Below, piece by piece: positions 10,853 through 20,650 of a stretch of 64,000 nt of DNA. This DNA comes from Bacteroidota bacterium (GTDB lineage Bacteria > Bacteroidota > Bacteroidia > Chitinophagales > Chitinophagaceae). Every line of letters starts with the position of its first letter. The first letter of the stretch is position 1. A model generated the notes under the pieces. That model was not told the DNA's origin. It saw only the letters and a program-made list of their open reading frames with translations, and did not search any database. The position numbers and the translations under genes are program-made. The stretch lies in NCBI GenBank assembly GCA_947454025.1, contig CANGIZ010000003.1:301-64300 (forward strand), written 5' to 3'.

Positions 10853-12100
10853 ATGCAAACAAATCAACGTCATTTAATCCCATTTATACTTGTTACTTGC
10901 TTGTTCTTTTTATGGGGGTTTGCCCATAATCTTGACCCTATATTAATCCCGCATTTAAAAAAATCATTCACCCTAACTACCACTCAGTCCACGCTTGTTG
11001 ACTCTGCAGTTTTTGTGGCCTATTTTTTCATGGCATTACCAGCTGGCTTTATTATGAAAAAATGGGGCTATAAAATGGGTATCATTGCCGGTTTGGTATT
11101 GTTCGCAATGGGTGCTTTCTTATTTGTTCCAGCAGCCAATCATCAATCTTACAGCTATTTTCTAATTGCCTTATTTGTTATTGCTTGTGGTCTTACCATA
11201 CTGGAAACTGCAGCGAATCCATATGCTTCTGCATTGGGTGACCCTGCAAGCTCCACACAAAGACTTAATTTGGCTCAATCTTTTAATGGATTAGCGGTGG
11301 CCTTAGCACCCGCAATTGGCGCAAGGGTAATATTAACGAAGGGTTATACCGATGAGCAGTTAGCGAATATGTCGGAAACTGTGAAGAAAGTGGCATTGGC
11401 AACCGAGGCTTATAGTGTTAAAACGCCCTATACAATTTTAGGTATTGTATTATTGGTCATTGCAATTTTATTTTATTTTATTCAATTGCCAGATATCAGA
11501 AACAAGGAGGTAAGTAATGAAAACGGCTCCTTGTTAAAAACATTTAGACACAAACACCTAAGTTGGGCAGTGACAGCACAGTTTTTTTATATTGGTGCAC
11601 AAGTATGTGTCTTGAGCTTATTTATTTTATATGCAACACAGGTGACCAATATTTCGGAAGTACAAGCTGCAGATTATTTAGGCATGGGCGGGCTAGCCTT
11701 TTTAATTGGACGTTTTTTAGGTACCGCTTTAATGAAATTGATTGCGCCTAATAAACTATTAACCACCTATGCGATTATAAGTGCCTTACTCTGTGTTGTA
11801 GCAATTACTGCAAAGGGGACGATTACTATTTATGCTTTAATAGGAATTTGCTTTTTTATGTCTATTATGTTCCCAACTATATTTTCTTTAGGCATCAAAG
11901 CGCTTGGAGCAGATACCGAAATGGCCAGTAGCTTAATTGTAATGTCGATTGTTGGTGGCGCTATATTGCCAAGAATATTTGGCTTAATAAGTGATGCAAC
12001 AGGAAACATACAAATGGGTTATATAGTTCCACTTGTATGTTTTATGGTTGTTGCTTATTTTGGATGGAGAGGAAGTAAAATAACGCACACTAACAATTAG
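10853..12100 (+). CDS. fucP: L-fucose:H+ symporter-type MFS permease (FHS family)
   Basis: LFFLWGFA, LETAANPY, RLNLAQSFNG, MSIMFPTIF, MSIVGGA motifs. Confidence 0.85.
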   Translation: MQTNQRHLIPFILVTCLFFLWGFAHNLDPILIPHLKKSFTLTTTQSTLVDSAVFVAYFFMALPAGFIMKKWGYKMGIIAGLVLFAMGAFLFVPAANHQSYSYFLIALFVIACGLTILETAANPYASALGDPASSTQRLNLAQSFNGLAVALAPAIGARVILTKGYTDEQLANMSETVKKVALATEAYSVKTPYTILGIVLLVIAILFYFIQLPDIRNKEVSNENGSLLKTFRHKHLSWAVTAQFFYIGAQVCVLSLFILYATQVTNISEVQAADYLGMGGLAFLIGRFLGTALMKLIAPNKLLTTYAIISALLCVVAITAKGTITIYALIGICFFMSIMFPTIFSLGIKALGADTEMASSLIVMSIVGGAILPRIFGLISDATGNIQMGYIVPLVCFMVVAYFGWRGSKITHTNN

Positions 12101-13368
12101 TGCTTGTAAATTTTACCATCTTTCATTACCCAATCAATATTTTGTAAAGCACTGATATCTTTTGTTGGATCTTTTTTTATAGCAATGATATCAGCAAAAG
12201 CACCTGCTTTAATTTCTCCTATTTTATCTTGCAAGCCTAATAATTCAGCAGCCGTAGTTGTTGCAGTTTGAATGGCTTGTATTGGTGTTAGTCCCCATTG
12301 CACAAAATAAGTAAAATCCTTGGCCTGAGGTAAGCTCCAATCATATCCGCCAATATCAGTACCATAGGTGAGTTTCACACCTAATTGAATTGCTTTTTTG
12401 AAGGTTGCTTCCATAGATTGTTGAAAGTATAAATTAATTGGGCTTCCCATCTTTGCCCTTCCTTCTGCAACATAATCGTTTACAAATAGGGTTGGACACC
12501 AATATATTCCTTTTGCTGCCATTAATTTCATACACTCTTCGTCCATGCCAGAACCATGTTCAATACTTATAGCACCTGCATTAATAGCTGCTAAAATGCC
12601 ATCTCTTGTCATTGCATGCGCAGCTAATTTTTTTCTGCTTCTTAAAGTTTCATCTCCAATTGCATTTATTTCATCAGTAGTAAAATTAGGCAAGGCTCTA
12701 AAACTACCATCTGCTAAACGATAATAACCTCTATCGGCGTATATTTTAATCCAATCAGCGCCTTGCTCAATTTGTTGACGTACGGCTCTTCTTGCTTCAT
12801 CGGCACCCGTAATTTCAATCACACCTTTAGGCAGTTTAATTTCCCATGCATAATCCGATGCCTTAATTGGGTAATGACCAGTAGTGTTCATTGCCAATGT
12901 GGCTACCTGCATTCTGGGTCCAGTAACAACCCCTTTATTAATTGCTTTTTTTACATCTACATCTGCAAATCCAGCGCCTTCGGTTCCCAAGTCTCTAATG
13001 GTAGTAAATCCATTTAATATAGACTGCTCCGCACTTTTGCTTGCACGTAGGGTTCGATAGGGAATAGATTCCTTTAAAACTTGCACATCATAGTCTTCGG
13101 AAGTAATATCGCCTTGTAATAAAACATGTGTATGCGCATCAATCATACCAGGCATTACAAAATAATTGCTTAAATCAATGGTGGTGTCTGCTTTACTCGC
13201 CTTGGCACTTACCGATACAATACTATTTCCTTTTAATAGAATGAACTGATCTTCAATAACTTTTCCGGCTTTAGTATCTAAAATTTTTCCGCATTTTAAT
13301 AATACCGTTTTTTGTGCGAAACTCGTAATGCTATTTACTAGCAAAAGTCCCAATAATATTTTTTTCAT
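12097..13368 (-). CDS. Metal-dependent amidohydrolase (Xaa-Pro dipeptidase-like)
   Basis: Signal peptide; PGMIDAHTH, GFTTIRDLG, GADWIK, SIEHG, GTD motifs. Confidence 0.9.
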   Translation of the reverse strand: MKKILLGLLLVNSITSFAQKTVLLKCGKILDTKAGKVIEDQFILLKGNSIVSVSAKASKADTTIDLSNYFVMPGMIDAHTHVLLQGDITSEDYDVQVLKESIPYRTLRASKSAEQSILNGFTTIRDLGTEGAGFADVDVKKAINKGVVTGPRMQVATLAMNTTGHYPIKASDYAWEIKLPKGVIEITGADEARRAVRQQIEQGADWIKIYADRGYYRLADGSFRALPNFTTDEINAIGDETLRSRKKLAAHAMTRDGILAAINAGAISIEHGSGMDEECMKLMAAKGIYWCPTLFVNDYVAEGRAKMGSPINLYFQQSMEATFKKAIQLGVKLTYGTDIGGYDWSLPQAKDFTYFVQWGLTPIQAIQTATTTAAELLGLQDKIGEIKAGAFADIIAIKKDPTKDISALQNIDWVMKDGKIYKH

Positions 13369-13419
13369 ACTATTTATTTGATTTAATTAATTGATTTATT
13401 AAGTGTATTATACTTGTTG

Positions 13420-14859
13420 TTATTCTCCTTTTATTAATACAGTGTAAAAATTAAAACATTTTTCAAAATCTGAAATTTGCATGCGCTCATCAATACCATG
13501 AAAACCTTTTGCATTCGTTAATGGTGAAAAATTTACAACACCATCACTCACTTCGCGATAATTTCTAGAATCTGTTGCACCCACCATTAACATCGGTGCC
13601 ACAACAACATCTTTTACTACAGAACGTACTGCTTTTTCCACTCGCTTATAGTATTTGCTATTTACATCGGTAGTTGGAGAAGGCTCGGTCATATAGTTTT
13701 TGTAATAAGTAATTTTAATATTCGTATCGTTAACTACTTTTTGTACATAGTCAAAAACATCTTTGCTCGACTGGCCAGGAAGAATTCTACTATTAATATA
13801 TGCAGTTGCAAAAGTGGGTATCACATTGTCTCTTACACCGCTATTAAACACAGTAGGTACTAAAGTAGTACGCACCAAAGCATTGGTAGTAGGTTGTTCG
13901 GTCATTTTATTCACCACCCTGCTTTGTAATAACCATAAATTTGACAAGGCCATTTTTTCTAAGAAATTATCATTGTATGCACTAATACTTGTTAGATAAG
14001 CTTCAATGGGTGCAGTTAATTTAGTAGGCATTGGGTGTTGACTTACTTTAGCAATGGCATTACTTAAAATATCTATTGTAGTGCTGGAAGCTGGAATTGA
14101 AGAATGCCCTCCCGCTTTTTGTACAGTCAATACTAAGGTTACATATCCTTTCTCACCAACACCAATGGAAGCAATGGGTGCTTTTATAGCTTTATTGTCT
14201 TCGGTTGAAATTTCGCCTCCTTCATCTACTACTAAGTCAAATCGCTTATGCTGACTTTTAAAATATTTTACTACTGCTGTGGCACCTTTTCCGCTTGATT
14301 CTTCATCGGCGCCAAAGCAAAGCAAGATGGTTTGCTTTGGTTGAAAGCCTTTTTGTAATTGTGCTTCAGCTGCTTCTAATATACTGATCATGCTCGACTT
14401 ATCGTCTAGCACACCTCGTCCCCATATATAATTTTCTTTCACCTCACCTCCATATGGTTTTGCATGCCATAATTTAACGGCCGATGCTTCCACAGGAACT
14501 ACATCGTAATGCGCCATTAAAACCATTGGTAGGATACTCGTGTCTGTCCCCTTCCACTCATAGATGTAATTGAAACTGTCCACAATGGTTCTAGGCAATA
14601 ACTTATGCACCAAAGGGTAAGAAGTTTCTAAAAATTTTCTGTACTTAATAAAGGCAGCAGTATCAAACTGATATTCGTCGTTAGGTGTTTCGGTTCTTAA
14701 TTGAATGGCAGCACTCATATGCTCAATTGCATTTGCTGGTAGTGGAGCCAATACCACTTCTTTAACATTATTGCCTGGCTTATTAATAACAGTTCTAAAA
14801 ATTAAAATAGCAACCATTGCAATTACTGCAATACCCAATACACTTAAAAGTTTTTTCAT
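13420..14859 (-). CDS. M20 family peptidase (carboxypeptidase S/PM20D1-like)
   Basis: MAHYDVVP, WGRGVLDDK, DEE, DEGG, GGHSS, HGIDER; N-terminal anchor. Confidence 0.9.
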   Translation of the reverse strand: MKKLLSVLGIAVIAMVAILIFRTVINKPGNNVKEVVLAPLPANAIEHMSAAIQLRTETPNDEYQFDTAAFIKYRKFLETSYPLVHKLLPRTIVDSFNYIYEWKGTDTSILPMVLMAHYDVVPVEASAVKLWHAKPYGGEVKENYIWGRGVLDDKSSMISILEAAEAQLQKGFQPKQTILLCFGADEESSGKGATAVVKYFKSQHKRFDLVVDEGGEISTEDNKAIKAPIASIGVGEKGYVTLVLTVQKAGGHSSIPASSTTIDILSNAIAKVSQHPMPTKLTAPIEAYLTSISAYNDNFLEKMALSNLWLLQSRVVNKMTEQPTTNALVRTTLVPTVFNSGVRDNVIPTFATAYINSRILPGQSSKDVFDYVQKVVNDTNIKITYYKNYMTEPSPTTDVNSKYYKRVEKAVRSVVKDVVVAPMLMVGATDSRNYREVSDGVVNFSPLTNAKGFHGIDERMQISDFEKCFNFYTVLIKGE

Positions 14860-14904
14860 TTAAAAAGTTTGTACCCTAAGATACGAAAGCTAACCCATAA
14901 AATA

Positions 14905-14934
14905 AAAATGCCCTCGATAAATCGAAGGCATTTT
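14905..14934 (-). terminator. Rho-independent terminator of ECF sigma operon
   Basis: AAAATGCCCTCGA-taaa-TCGAAGGCATTTT inverted repeat. Confidence 0.7.
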
Positions 14935-14950
14935 AAAGGGTTTTGATTGC

Positions 14951-15412
14951 TTAGGATTGAAAGCCTTTTCTTCTCATCATTTCGAAACGAACTTTTTGTA
15001 AAAATTCGCGCTCAATTTTTAATGCTTCGTTAACACGTTCATCTGTTTTTAACACAGGCTTTAGTTCGGCCTTGTATTTTTTTCTTGCATTTAACATGGC
15101 TTCTTGTAACAAGATTTCGTCAGTTGATTTATTGGCAATAATTTCCTGTACTGCTTTTTTATGATTTTCGTATACAGGCCAAAACTGCTCTGCTTCGGCA
15201 GTAGTTAAAGACAAATGCTCGGTAATAAATTGAATTTTATACATTTCAATTCTTTCTTTATTAGCCTCTTTCCCACCTCTAAAAGGACGGCCGTCTCTTT
15301 GTTCAGGTCCCATTGGCGGTGGTGGTGGACGATGTCCTGGTCCTGGGCCTTGTTGTGCTCCAGCAGCAAGTGTAATTGTGAATGCTACAAGTACGAAGTA
15401 TAACTTTTTCAT
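14951..15412 (-). CDS. Periplasmic helical protein associated with ECF sigma (Spy/CpxP-like)
   Basis: Signal peptide, Pro/Gly-rich linker, FITEHLSLTTAEAEQFWPVY motif; third gene of sigma trio. Confidence 0.65.
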   Translation of the reverse strand: MKKLYFVLVAFTITLAAGAQQGPGPGHRPPPPPMGPEQRDGRPFRGGKEANKERIEMYKIQFITEHLSLTTAEAEQFWPVYENHKKAVQEIIANKSTDEILLQEAMLNARKKYKAELKPVLKTDERVNEALKIEREFLQKVRFEMMRRKGFQS

Positions 15413-15441
15413 AATTTGGGGATTAATTGTCTTAGATATTA

Positions 15442-15900
15442 TTATTCTTGATTTTTGTTACTGTCTTCTTTTAAATATGTAGTGATATTTTCCAAGTTTG
15501 AACCTTCTTTATTGATCTCGGATTGCCAGTCAATTTCTGCGATACCTTCGTAATCGTTTACATAAGATTCAATTTCAGAAGTTGGTATTTCTTGAATGGT
15601 TAAATTATTTGCTATTTCCTTAGTTTTATTATTAGAGGCTGTAAAAATATATGCACTAGCAGCTATAGCTATGAAGCTTGCGGCAATAGCCAATTTTTTC
15701 CAAGTAGTAATAGAAATAATTTTAGCATTCGTATTTGTTTTTCGAATGGTATTTAAAATCGCTTCTTCTTGCGCTACGAAAAAGTCGACAGGTGTTTGTT
15801 TAAGAGTTTCTTCCATTTGTTGAAGAGATTGCTTGTTAAACAAGTTTTCGACCTGGGCTTTGTCGTCTAAAAGGGTATTATCGTTTTGTTGCGGTTGCAT
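15442..15900 (-). CDS. Putative single-pass anti-sigma factor
   Basis: TPVDFF motif, single TM (WKKLAIAASFIAIA), directly downstream of ECF sigma. Confidence 0.6.
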   Translation of the reverse strand: MQPQQNDNTLLDDKAQVENLFNKQSLQQMEETLKQTPVDFFVAQEEAILNTIRKTNTNAKIISITTWKKLAIAASFIAIAASAYIFTASNNKTKEIANNLTIQEIPTSEIESYVNDYEGIAEIDWQSEINKEGSNLENITTYLKEDSNKNQE

Positions 15901-15933
15901 TACAAATATTTGACTTTGTTTGATGAGCTAAGT

Positions 15934-16476
15934 TTAATCTCGTTTTAAAATTTCTTCCATTTTTTTTATTGCTTGGTGAAAATTTGCTTTGGCTCCACCT
16001 ACTGTAGTGCCCGTAATACTTGCAATTTTTTCATAATTACATTCCTCAAAATACCTGAGCATAAATACAAATCTCTGTTTTTCAGGTAGTTGTTGAATGG
16101 CTTGTTCTAAGGCAATTTGAATTTGGGCCGATTTTGGTCCATCTGCGGCGCTAGCTGCGTTTTCATAGTCAAGGTTATCGGCACTTATGTTTTGACTAGA
16201 TTGTTTTTTTTGTTTCTGTAAAAAGTTCAAGGTTTCATTGTAGGCTACCCTAAATAACCAAGTCGCAAATTCGCTTTCCATTTTAAAGCCATCCAATTTG
16301 TTCCAAACCTTAATCCAAACCTGTTGAGCAATGTCATCGGCATCGGCATGCTCGGTTACCATTCTTTTTATTTGATAAAATAGCTTTTGCTGGTGACGCT
16401 TTAATAATTGAGTAAAAGCTGCTTCCTTGTGCGCAGATTGCTGAAACTCAATAATTAATTCTTGATCACTTTGCAT
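15934..16476 (-). CDS. ECF RNA polymerase sigma-70 factor
   Basis: Region 2 (DADDIAQQVWIKVW...FATWLFRVAYN) and region 4 (LPEKQRFVFMLRYF); start reassigned to MQSDQEL, which removes the overlap with the divergent gene. Confidence 0.93.
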   Translation of the reverse strand: MQSDQELIIEFQQSAHKEAAFTQLLKRHQQKLFYQIKRMVTEHADADDIAQQVWIKVWNKLDGFKMESEFATWLFRVAYNETLNFLQKQKKQSSQNISADNLDYENAASAADGPKSAQIQIALEQAIQQLPEKQRFVFMLRYFEECNYEKIASITGTTVGGAKANFHQAIKKMEEILKRD

Positions 16477-16481
16477 AGATA

Positions 16482-16489
16482 CAAATTTA
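16482..16489 (-). promoter_or_regulatory. -7 promoter element just before sigma ATG
   Basis: TAAATTTG on minus strand, 5 nt upstream of ATG at 16476. Confidence 0.55.
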
Positions 16490-16553
16490 GACAATACTTT
16501 ACTAGAAAGGTTTAATGCTTTATCTTTAATATTCATCTTATTAATCAAAAGAC

Positions 16554-17843
16554 ATGAAAAAAACAGGTATAGCATTACTCTTAGTATGTAGTTTATTTAG
16601 CTTCAATTTAATTGCACAGAACTCAATTATTAACAAGGCCGAAACAGAACGTATTGAAAAATATTTATCCTCTGATGAATTAGAAGGTCGCCGCACATTC
16701 TCAAAGTCCATTGACAAAGCAGCTGATTTTATTGCCAATGAATTCAAACAAAGTGGCTTGGCTACTTTTAAAAATAGCGGGACCTATTTACAACCATTTT
16801 CAAGGCTGAGTGCTAGGTTTATTTCTGCATCTGGAAATTTTGATGGCGCACCGATTGATACTAAAAATCTTATTGTCGTTACTGCACAACCATCTTTAAG
16901 TATTAATGAAACGAGTGGTTATGAAATCGTGAAAATTAATAAGGAAGATAATTTTGGTATGATTGCAAGAAAATATATTGCAGCAAATAAAAATTATATT
17001 GTTTTAGTTGACGAATCTTTTGCTTCAAACTTTGGACGTTTGGTACAATTAAAGTCTAACATAACTGCACAGCAAAAAACAGTTGTATTTGTAATGGGAG
17101 CACAAGCACCTTTAAAATTTACTATTGAAGCAAGTCATAAAATTGAAGAACTGGCATTGGCGAATGTAGTAAGCGTGTTGCCTGGAAAATCTCTTCCCAA
17201 TGAGTATGTGATATTTTCAGGACACTACGACCACTTAGGCATTAACAGTGCTAAAGCCATTAATGGAGATTCAATCTATAATGGAGCGAATGACGATGCA
17301 GCTGGTACAACTGCAATGATTATGCTTTCAAAATATTTTAAGCAATTAAACAATAACGCTAGAACCCTTGTATTTGTTGCGTTTACGGCCGAGGAAGTGG
17401 GTGGATTCGGTGCACAATACTTTTCAAAACAATTTGATCCATTAACAGTAAAAGCCATGTTCAATTTAGAAATGATTGGTACCGAAAGTAAGTGGGGTAA
17501 AAATAGCGCTTATATTACTGGCTATGAAAAAACGAATATGGGTGAAATTTTACAAAAGAATTTAGAAGGCTCTGCTTTTAAATTTTATCCTGACCCGTAT
17601 ACGGATCAAAATTTATTTTATCGCTCTGACAATGCTACTTTAGCAAGATTGGGTGTACCTGCACATACTATTTCAACATCTAAAATGGATAGTGAACCCA
17701 ACTACCACAAACCAAGTGACGAGTTTGCAACCTTGGACATGGACAATATGAATGAAATCATAAAAGCCATTGCACTAAGTTCTCAATCTATAATTTCAGG
17801 TAAAGACACGCCAACAAGAGTAGATACTACACAATTAAAATAA
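16554..17843 (+). CDS. M28 family aminopeptidase, secreted
   Basis: SGHYDHLG, NGANDDAAG, FTAEEVG, NLEMIG, YRSDN, YH motifs. Confidence 0.93.
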   Translation: MKKTGIALLLVCSLFSFNLIAQNSIINKAETERIEKYLSSDELEGRRTFSKSIDKAADFIANEFKQSGLATFKNSGTYLQPFSRLSARFISASGNFDGAPIDTKNLIVVTAQPSLSINETSGYEIVKINKEDNFGMIARKYIAANKNYIVLVDESFASNFGRLVQLKSNITAQQKTVVFVMGAQAPLKFTIEASHKIEELALANVVSVLPGKSLPNEYVIFSGHYDHLGINSAKAINGDSIYNGANDDAAGTTAMIMLSKYFKQLNNNARTLVFVAFTAEEVGGFGAQYFSKQFDPLTVKAMFNLEMIGTESKWGKNSAYITGYEKTNMGEILQKNLEGSAFKFYPDPYTDQNLFYRSDNATLARLGVPAHTISTSKMDSEPNYHKPSDEFATLDMDNMNEIIKAIALSSQSIISGKDTPTRVDTTQLK

Positions 17844-17853
17844 TGCAGCATAA

Positions 17854-19074
17854 ATGAATCAAATGAAAAAAATATTCTTTGTTATATTATTAGCCATTTC
17901 ATTTTTAGGTAATGCGCAAGTAAAAAATTATTTTCCAACTGCGGCTACCTGGGAAAAAAAGTCTCCTAGCTTTTTTAAAATGGATACTAGTCTTGTAAAT
18001 AAAGCCATTCAGTTTGCGAAAGACAATGAAACAAAGTTCCCCAAAAATTTATGGCTAACACAAGCCATGCAATTTGGGAAAGAACCCTTTTCGGATCCAG
18101 TAGGCCCAATGGCCAATCGTGGTCCGGCAGCGGGAATAATTGTTTATAAAGGATATATAATTGCTGAATGGGGTAATCCAAATGCTGTGGAAATGGTGAA
18201 TAGCGTAACCAAGAGTATGGTTTCCACTACGGTGGGATTAGCCATAGATAAGGGACTTATTAAATCGATTGATGACAAAGTGTACACTTACTTGCCGCCG
18301 ATTGAAGTCATGAAAAATGGCGAAACAGTGGATCAAAATCCGATTGGACAAACTTCATTTATCTATCCATTTGAAACGGAACATAACCGAACAATTAGTT
18401 GGAATCATATGCTAAGACAAACCAGCGATTGGGAAGGCGTATTATGGGGCAAACCAGACTGGGCCGATCGACCTTCCGATAAATCGGATGATTGGACAAC
18501 TCGTAAAAGATTCGAGCCTGGTACGGTTTATAAATACAATGATACAAGAGTGAATGCTTTGGCATTAGCGGCAACTGCTGTTTGGCGTAAACCCTTACCT
18601 GAAGTATTGAGAGAACAAATCATGAACCCAATTGGAGCATCAAATACATGGGCCTGGACGGGGTATAAAAATGCTTGGATTGTTTTAGATGGTAAACAAA
18701 TACAATCAGTTAGTGGTGGTGGACATTTTGGAGGAGGTTTATTTATGAATGCATATGACATGGCACGTTTTGGTTTGCTGACATTAAGAAAAGGAAACTG
18801 GAATGGTAAGCAATTAATTTCAGAAGATTGGATTCAAAAAGCAACTACTCCAACTACAGCAAATACCGGTTATGGTTTTATGAATTATTTTTTAAACACG
18901 AATAAAAAAATGTATCCATCCGCTCCGGAGAAAGCCTATGCACATATAGGAAATGGCACCAATGCAATATATGTAGATCCTGAAAATGATATTGTTGCTG
19001 TTGTGCGTTGGATTGACGACAAGCAAATGGACGGTTTCTTAAAAATTCTTTTAAGTGCATTGCCAAGTAAATAG
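17854..19074 (+). CDS. Serine hydrolase, beta-lactamase/NylB-like family
   Basis: Signal peptide; SVTK, YND, DMARFG motifs; true start may be 17863. Confidence 0.85.
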   Translation: MNQMKKIFFVILLAISFLGNAQVKNYFPTAATWEKKSPSFFKMDTSLVNKAIQFAKDNETKFPKNLWLTQAMQFGKEPFSDPVGPMANRGPAAGIIVYKGYIIAEWGNPNAVEMVNSVTKSMVSTTVGLAIDKGLIKSIDDKVYTYLPPIEVMKNGETVDQNPIGQTSFIYPFETEHNRTISWNHMLRQTSDWEGVLWGKPDWADRPSDKSDDWTTRKRFEPGTVYKYNDTRVNALALAATAVWRKPLPEVLREQIMNPIGASNTWAWTGYKNAWIVLDGKQIQSVSGGGHFGGGLFMNAYDMARFGLLTLRKGNWNGKQLISEDWIQKATTPTTANTGYGFMNYFLNTNKKMYPSAPEKAYAHIGNGTNAIYVDPENDIVAVVRWIDDKQMDGFLKILLSALPSK

Positions 19075-19092
19075 TAGTGCAACTATACTTAT

Positions 19093-19125
19093 AAAAAAGG
19101 CTTCCCATTTTAGGAAGCCTTTTTT
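19093..19125. terminator. Bidirectional terminator
   Basis: AAAAAAGGCTTCC-catttta-GGAAGCCTTTTTT between convergent genes. Confidence 0.85.
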
Positions 19126-19153
19126 GTGCTATTAATGCGCCAAAGAAAATATC

Positions 19154-19516
19154 TTATTTAGCCTTTTGTAGTTTGTGAAAACTTAAATAAGAAACCAATA
19201 GTAAACCAAAAAATGCAAGCGCCATAATGGTATTTCCCATTGGGTCTCCTACCGAAAGGTGTGCGTTTACTGCAGTTAGATACATAATTCCAAATCCTAC
19301 ATAAGCCCACTCTTTAAATCGTGCAGGTACAGCTGGAACAATTAATAATACCAATCCAATTAATTGACCAATGCTTACTTCTAATCCTAACCAATGCGGA
19401 ATACCTAAATGCGTTGCTCCATCAATTGCCATTTTGGTATTCATAAAAATAGCGGTGGATGCAAATAAGCAAATAATACTTGTGCTTACCCAGTAAATAA
19501 TTTTTGTTGTTTTCAT
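19154..19516 (-). CDS. DoxX-like family membrane protein
   Basis: KIIYWVST, HLGIP, KEWAYVGF, AHLSVGD; 4 TM helices. Confidence 0.85.
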   Translation of the reverse strand: MKTTKIIYWVSTSIICLFASTAIFMNTKMAIDGATHLGIPHWLGLEVSIGQLIGLVLLIVPAVPARFKEWAYVGFGIMYLTAVNAHLSVGDPMGNTIMALAFFGLLLVSYLSFHKLQKAK

Positions 19517-19537
19517 GTGTGTGTGATTTAATAAAAA

Positions 19538-20029
19538 TTATAAAGATTCAAATTCTCCTTTGTCGGTATTTTTTTTAACGCGTCCTGCTTCAAATACTTT
19601 TCCATTCATGGCAATATAAATTCCCGGGGGAAGTACTTGTACAAATGCCAATGCACTACCTAAGTTAAATAATCCATCACTACTACCAAACTTATAGGGA
19701 ACCATTGCACCGGTAAGCACGATGGTTTTTTCTTTACAATTTTCAAGTAAATATTCTGCAGTAAGGGTCATAGTATCTGTGCCATGTGTAATCAGTATTT
19801 TATTGCTATTACAATTGTTACAAGTAGCAGCAATAAGGGATCGGTCGGCGTCAACAAAGTCTAAACTATCCTTCATCATTAAAGTCTCAATTGATAAATC
19901 CAACCTACTACGGCCAAGTTCTAACATTTCAAATAAATGTGTTTCCTTAAAATAAAGGCTTCCATTTAATTCATTGTATTCCTTGTCAAATGTACCGCCC
20001 GTTACAAAAACTTTAATCCCTGTATGCAT
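19538..20029 (-). CDS. Asparaginase domain protein (short-chain, N-terminal domain only)
   Basis: TGGTFDK, ITHGTDTM, LTGAM motifs. Confidence 0.9.
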   Translation of the reverse strand: MHTGIKVFVTGGTFDKEYNELNGSLYFKETHLFEMLELGRSRLDLSIETLMMKDSLDFVDADRSLIAATCNNCNSNKILITHGTDTMTLTAEYLLENCKEKTIVLTGAMVPYKFGSSDGLFNLGSALAFVQVLPPGIYIAMNGKVFEAGRVKKNTDKGEFESL

Positions 20030-20049
20030 AATTAGTGCTGTCTAAATTT

Positions 20050-20499
20050 TTAAAATTGGTCATCGTTAATTTCAATCCAATATCCATCGGGATCCTGCAA
20101 CCAAATTTGATGTACACCATCTACACGAGTCGTAATTTTATTTTTATTTCCCGCTATGTCCTCAAATGTCCAATGATCGTTCAACAAGTTTTTTACAAAA
20201 ATTTCAAAATTGGGTACAGTAAAACAGGTATGCTGATTTTTATAATATTCTTTTTTTTGATCTGCTCCTTGAATTACATGCAACATGGTATGTTCGGCAG
20301 TGCGGTACCAAATGTGTTTTCCATCATGAAAAGGTTCAGGAACGGTGTCTAGTCCAATACGATTGGAATAAAAATTGCCTGATTTTGCAATATCCATCAC
20401 AAAAATAGCAGTGTGGTTAATATGTGATTTTGCATTTTGTTTTTGAGCTGTGCTACACAGGGTTAAAAGGGACAAGCATCCCAATAAAATGAATTTCAT
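20050..20499 (-). CDS. VOC/glyoxalase family protein, secreted
   Basis: INHTAIFV...FY, H-T-C-F, QDPDGYWIEI. Confidence 0.88.
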   Translation of the reverse strand: MKFILLGCLSLLTLCSTAQKQNAKSHINHTAIFVMDIAKSGNFYSNRIGLDTVPEPFHDGKHIWYRTAEHTMLHVIQGADQKKEYYKNQHTCFTVPNFEIFVKNLLNDHWTFEDIAGNKNKITTRVDGVHQIWLQDPDGYWIEINDDQF

Positions 20500-20610
20500 A
20501 ATGCTTTGGTTTGAGTATCAAGGTACTAAAAAAGGCCCATAACCATGTTTTTAGACCATTACGTATATGTATAATCCTACTAATTAAGTAGACTATTAAA
20601 ATATTTACAT

Positions 20611-20618
20611 TATATTTG
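20611..20618 (+). promoter_or_regulatory. Bacteroidota -7 promoter element
   Basis: TATATTTG upstream of ATG 20651. Confidence 0.55.
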
Positions 20619-20650
20619 TGGACTATTTTAAAATTGATCAATTTGCAACT

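Noticed and set aside
9980-12100. 4-bp stop-codon overlaps of convergent genes (9980-9983, 12097-12100) and abutting stops at 37718/37719
   Set aside because: Common in compact genomes; no evidence of a specific function.
14951-16476. ECF sigma / anti-sigma / periplasmic protein trio as a novel system
   Set aside because: This arrangement is common in Bacteroidota; listed as features only.
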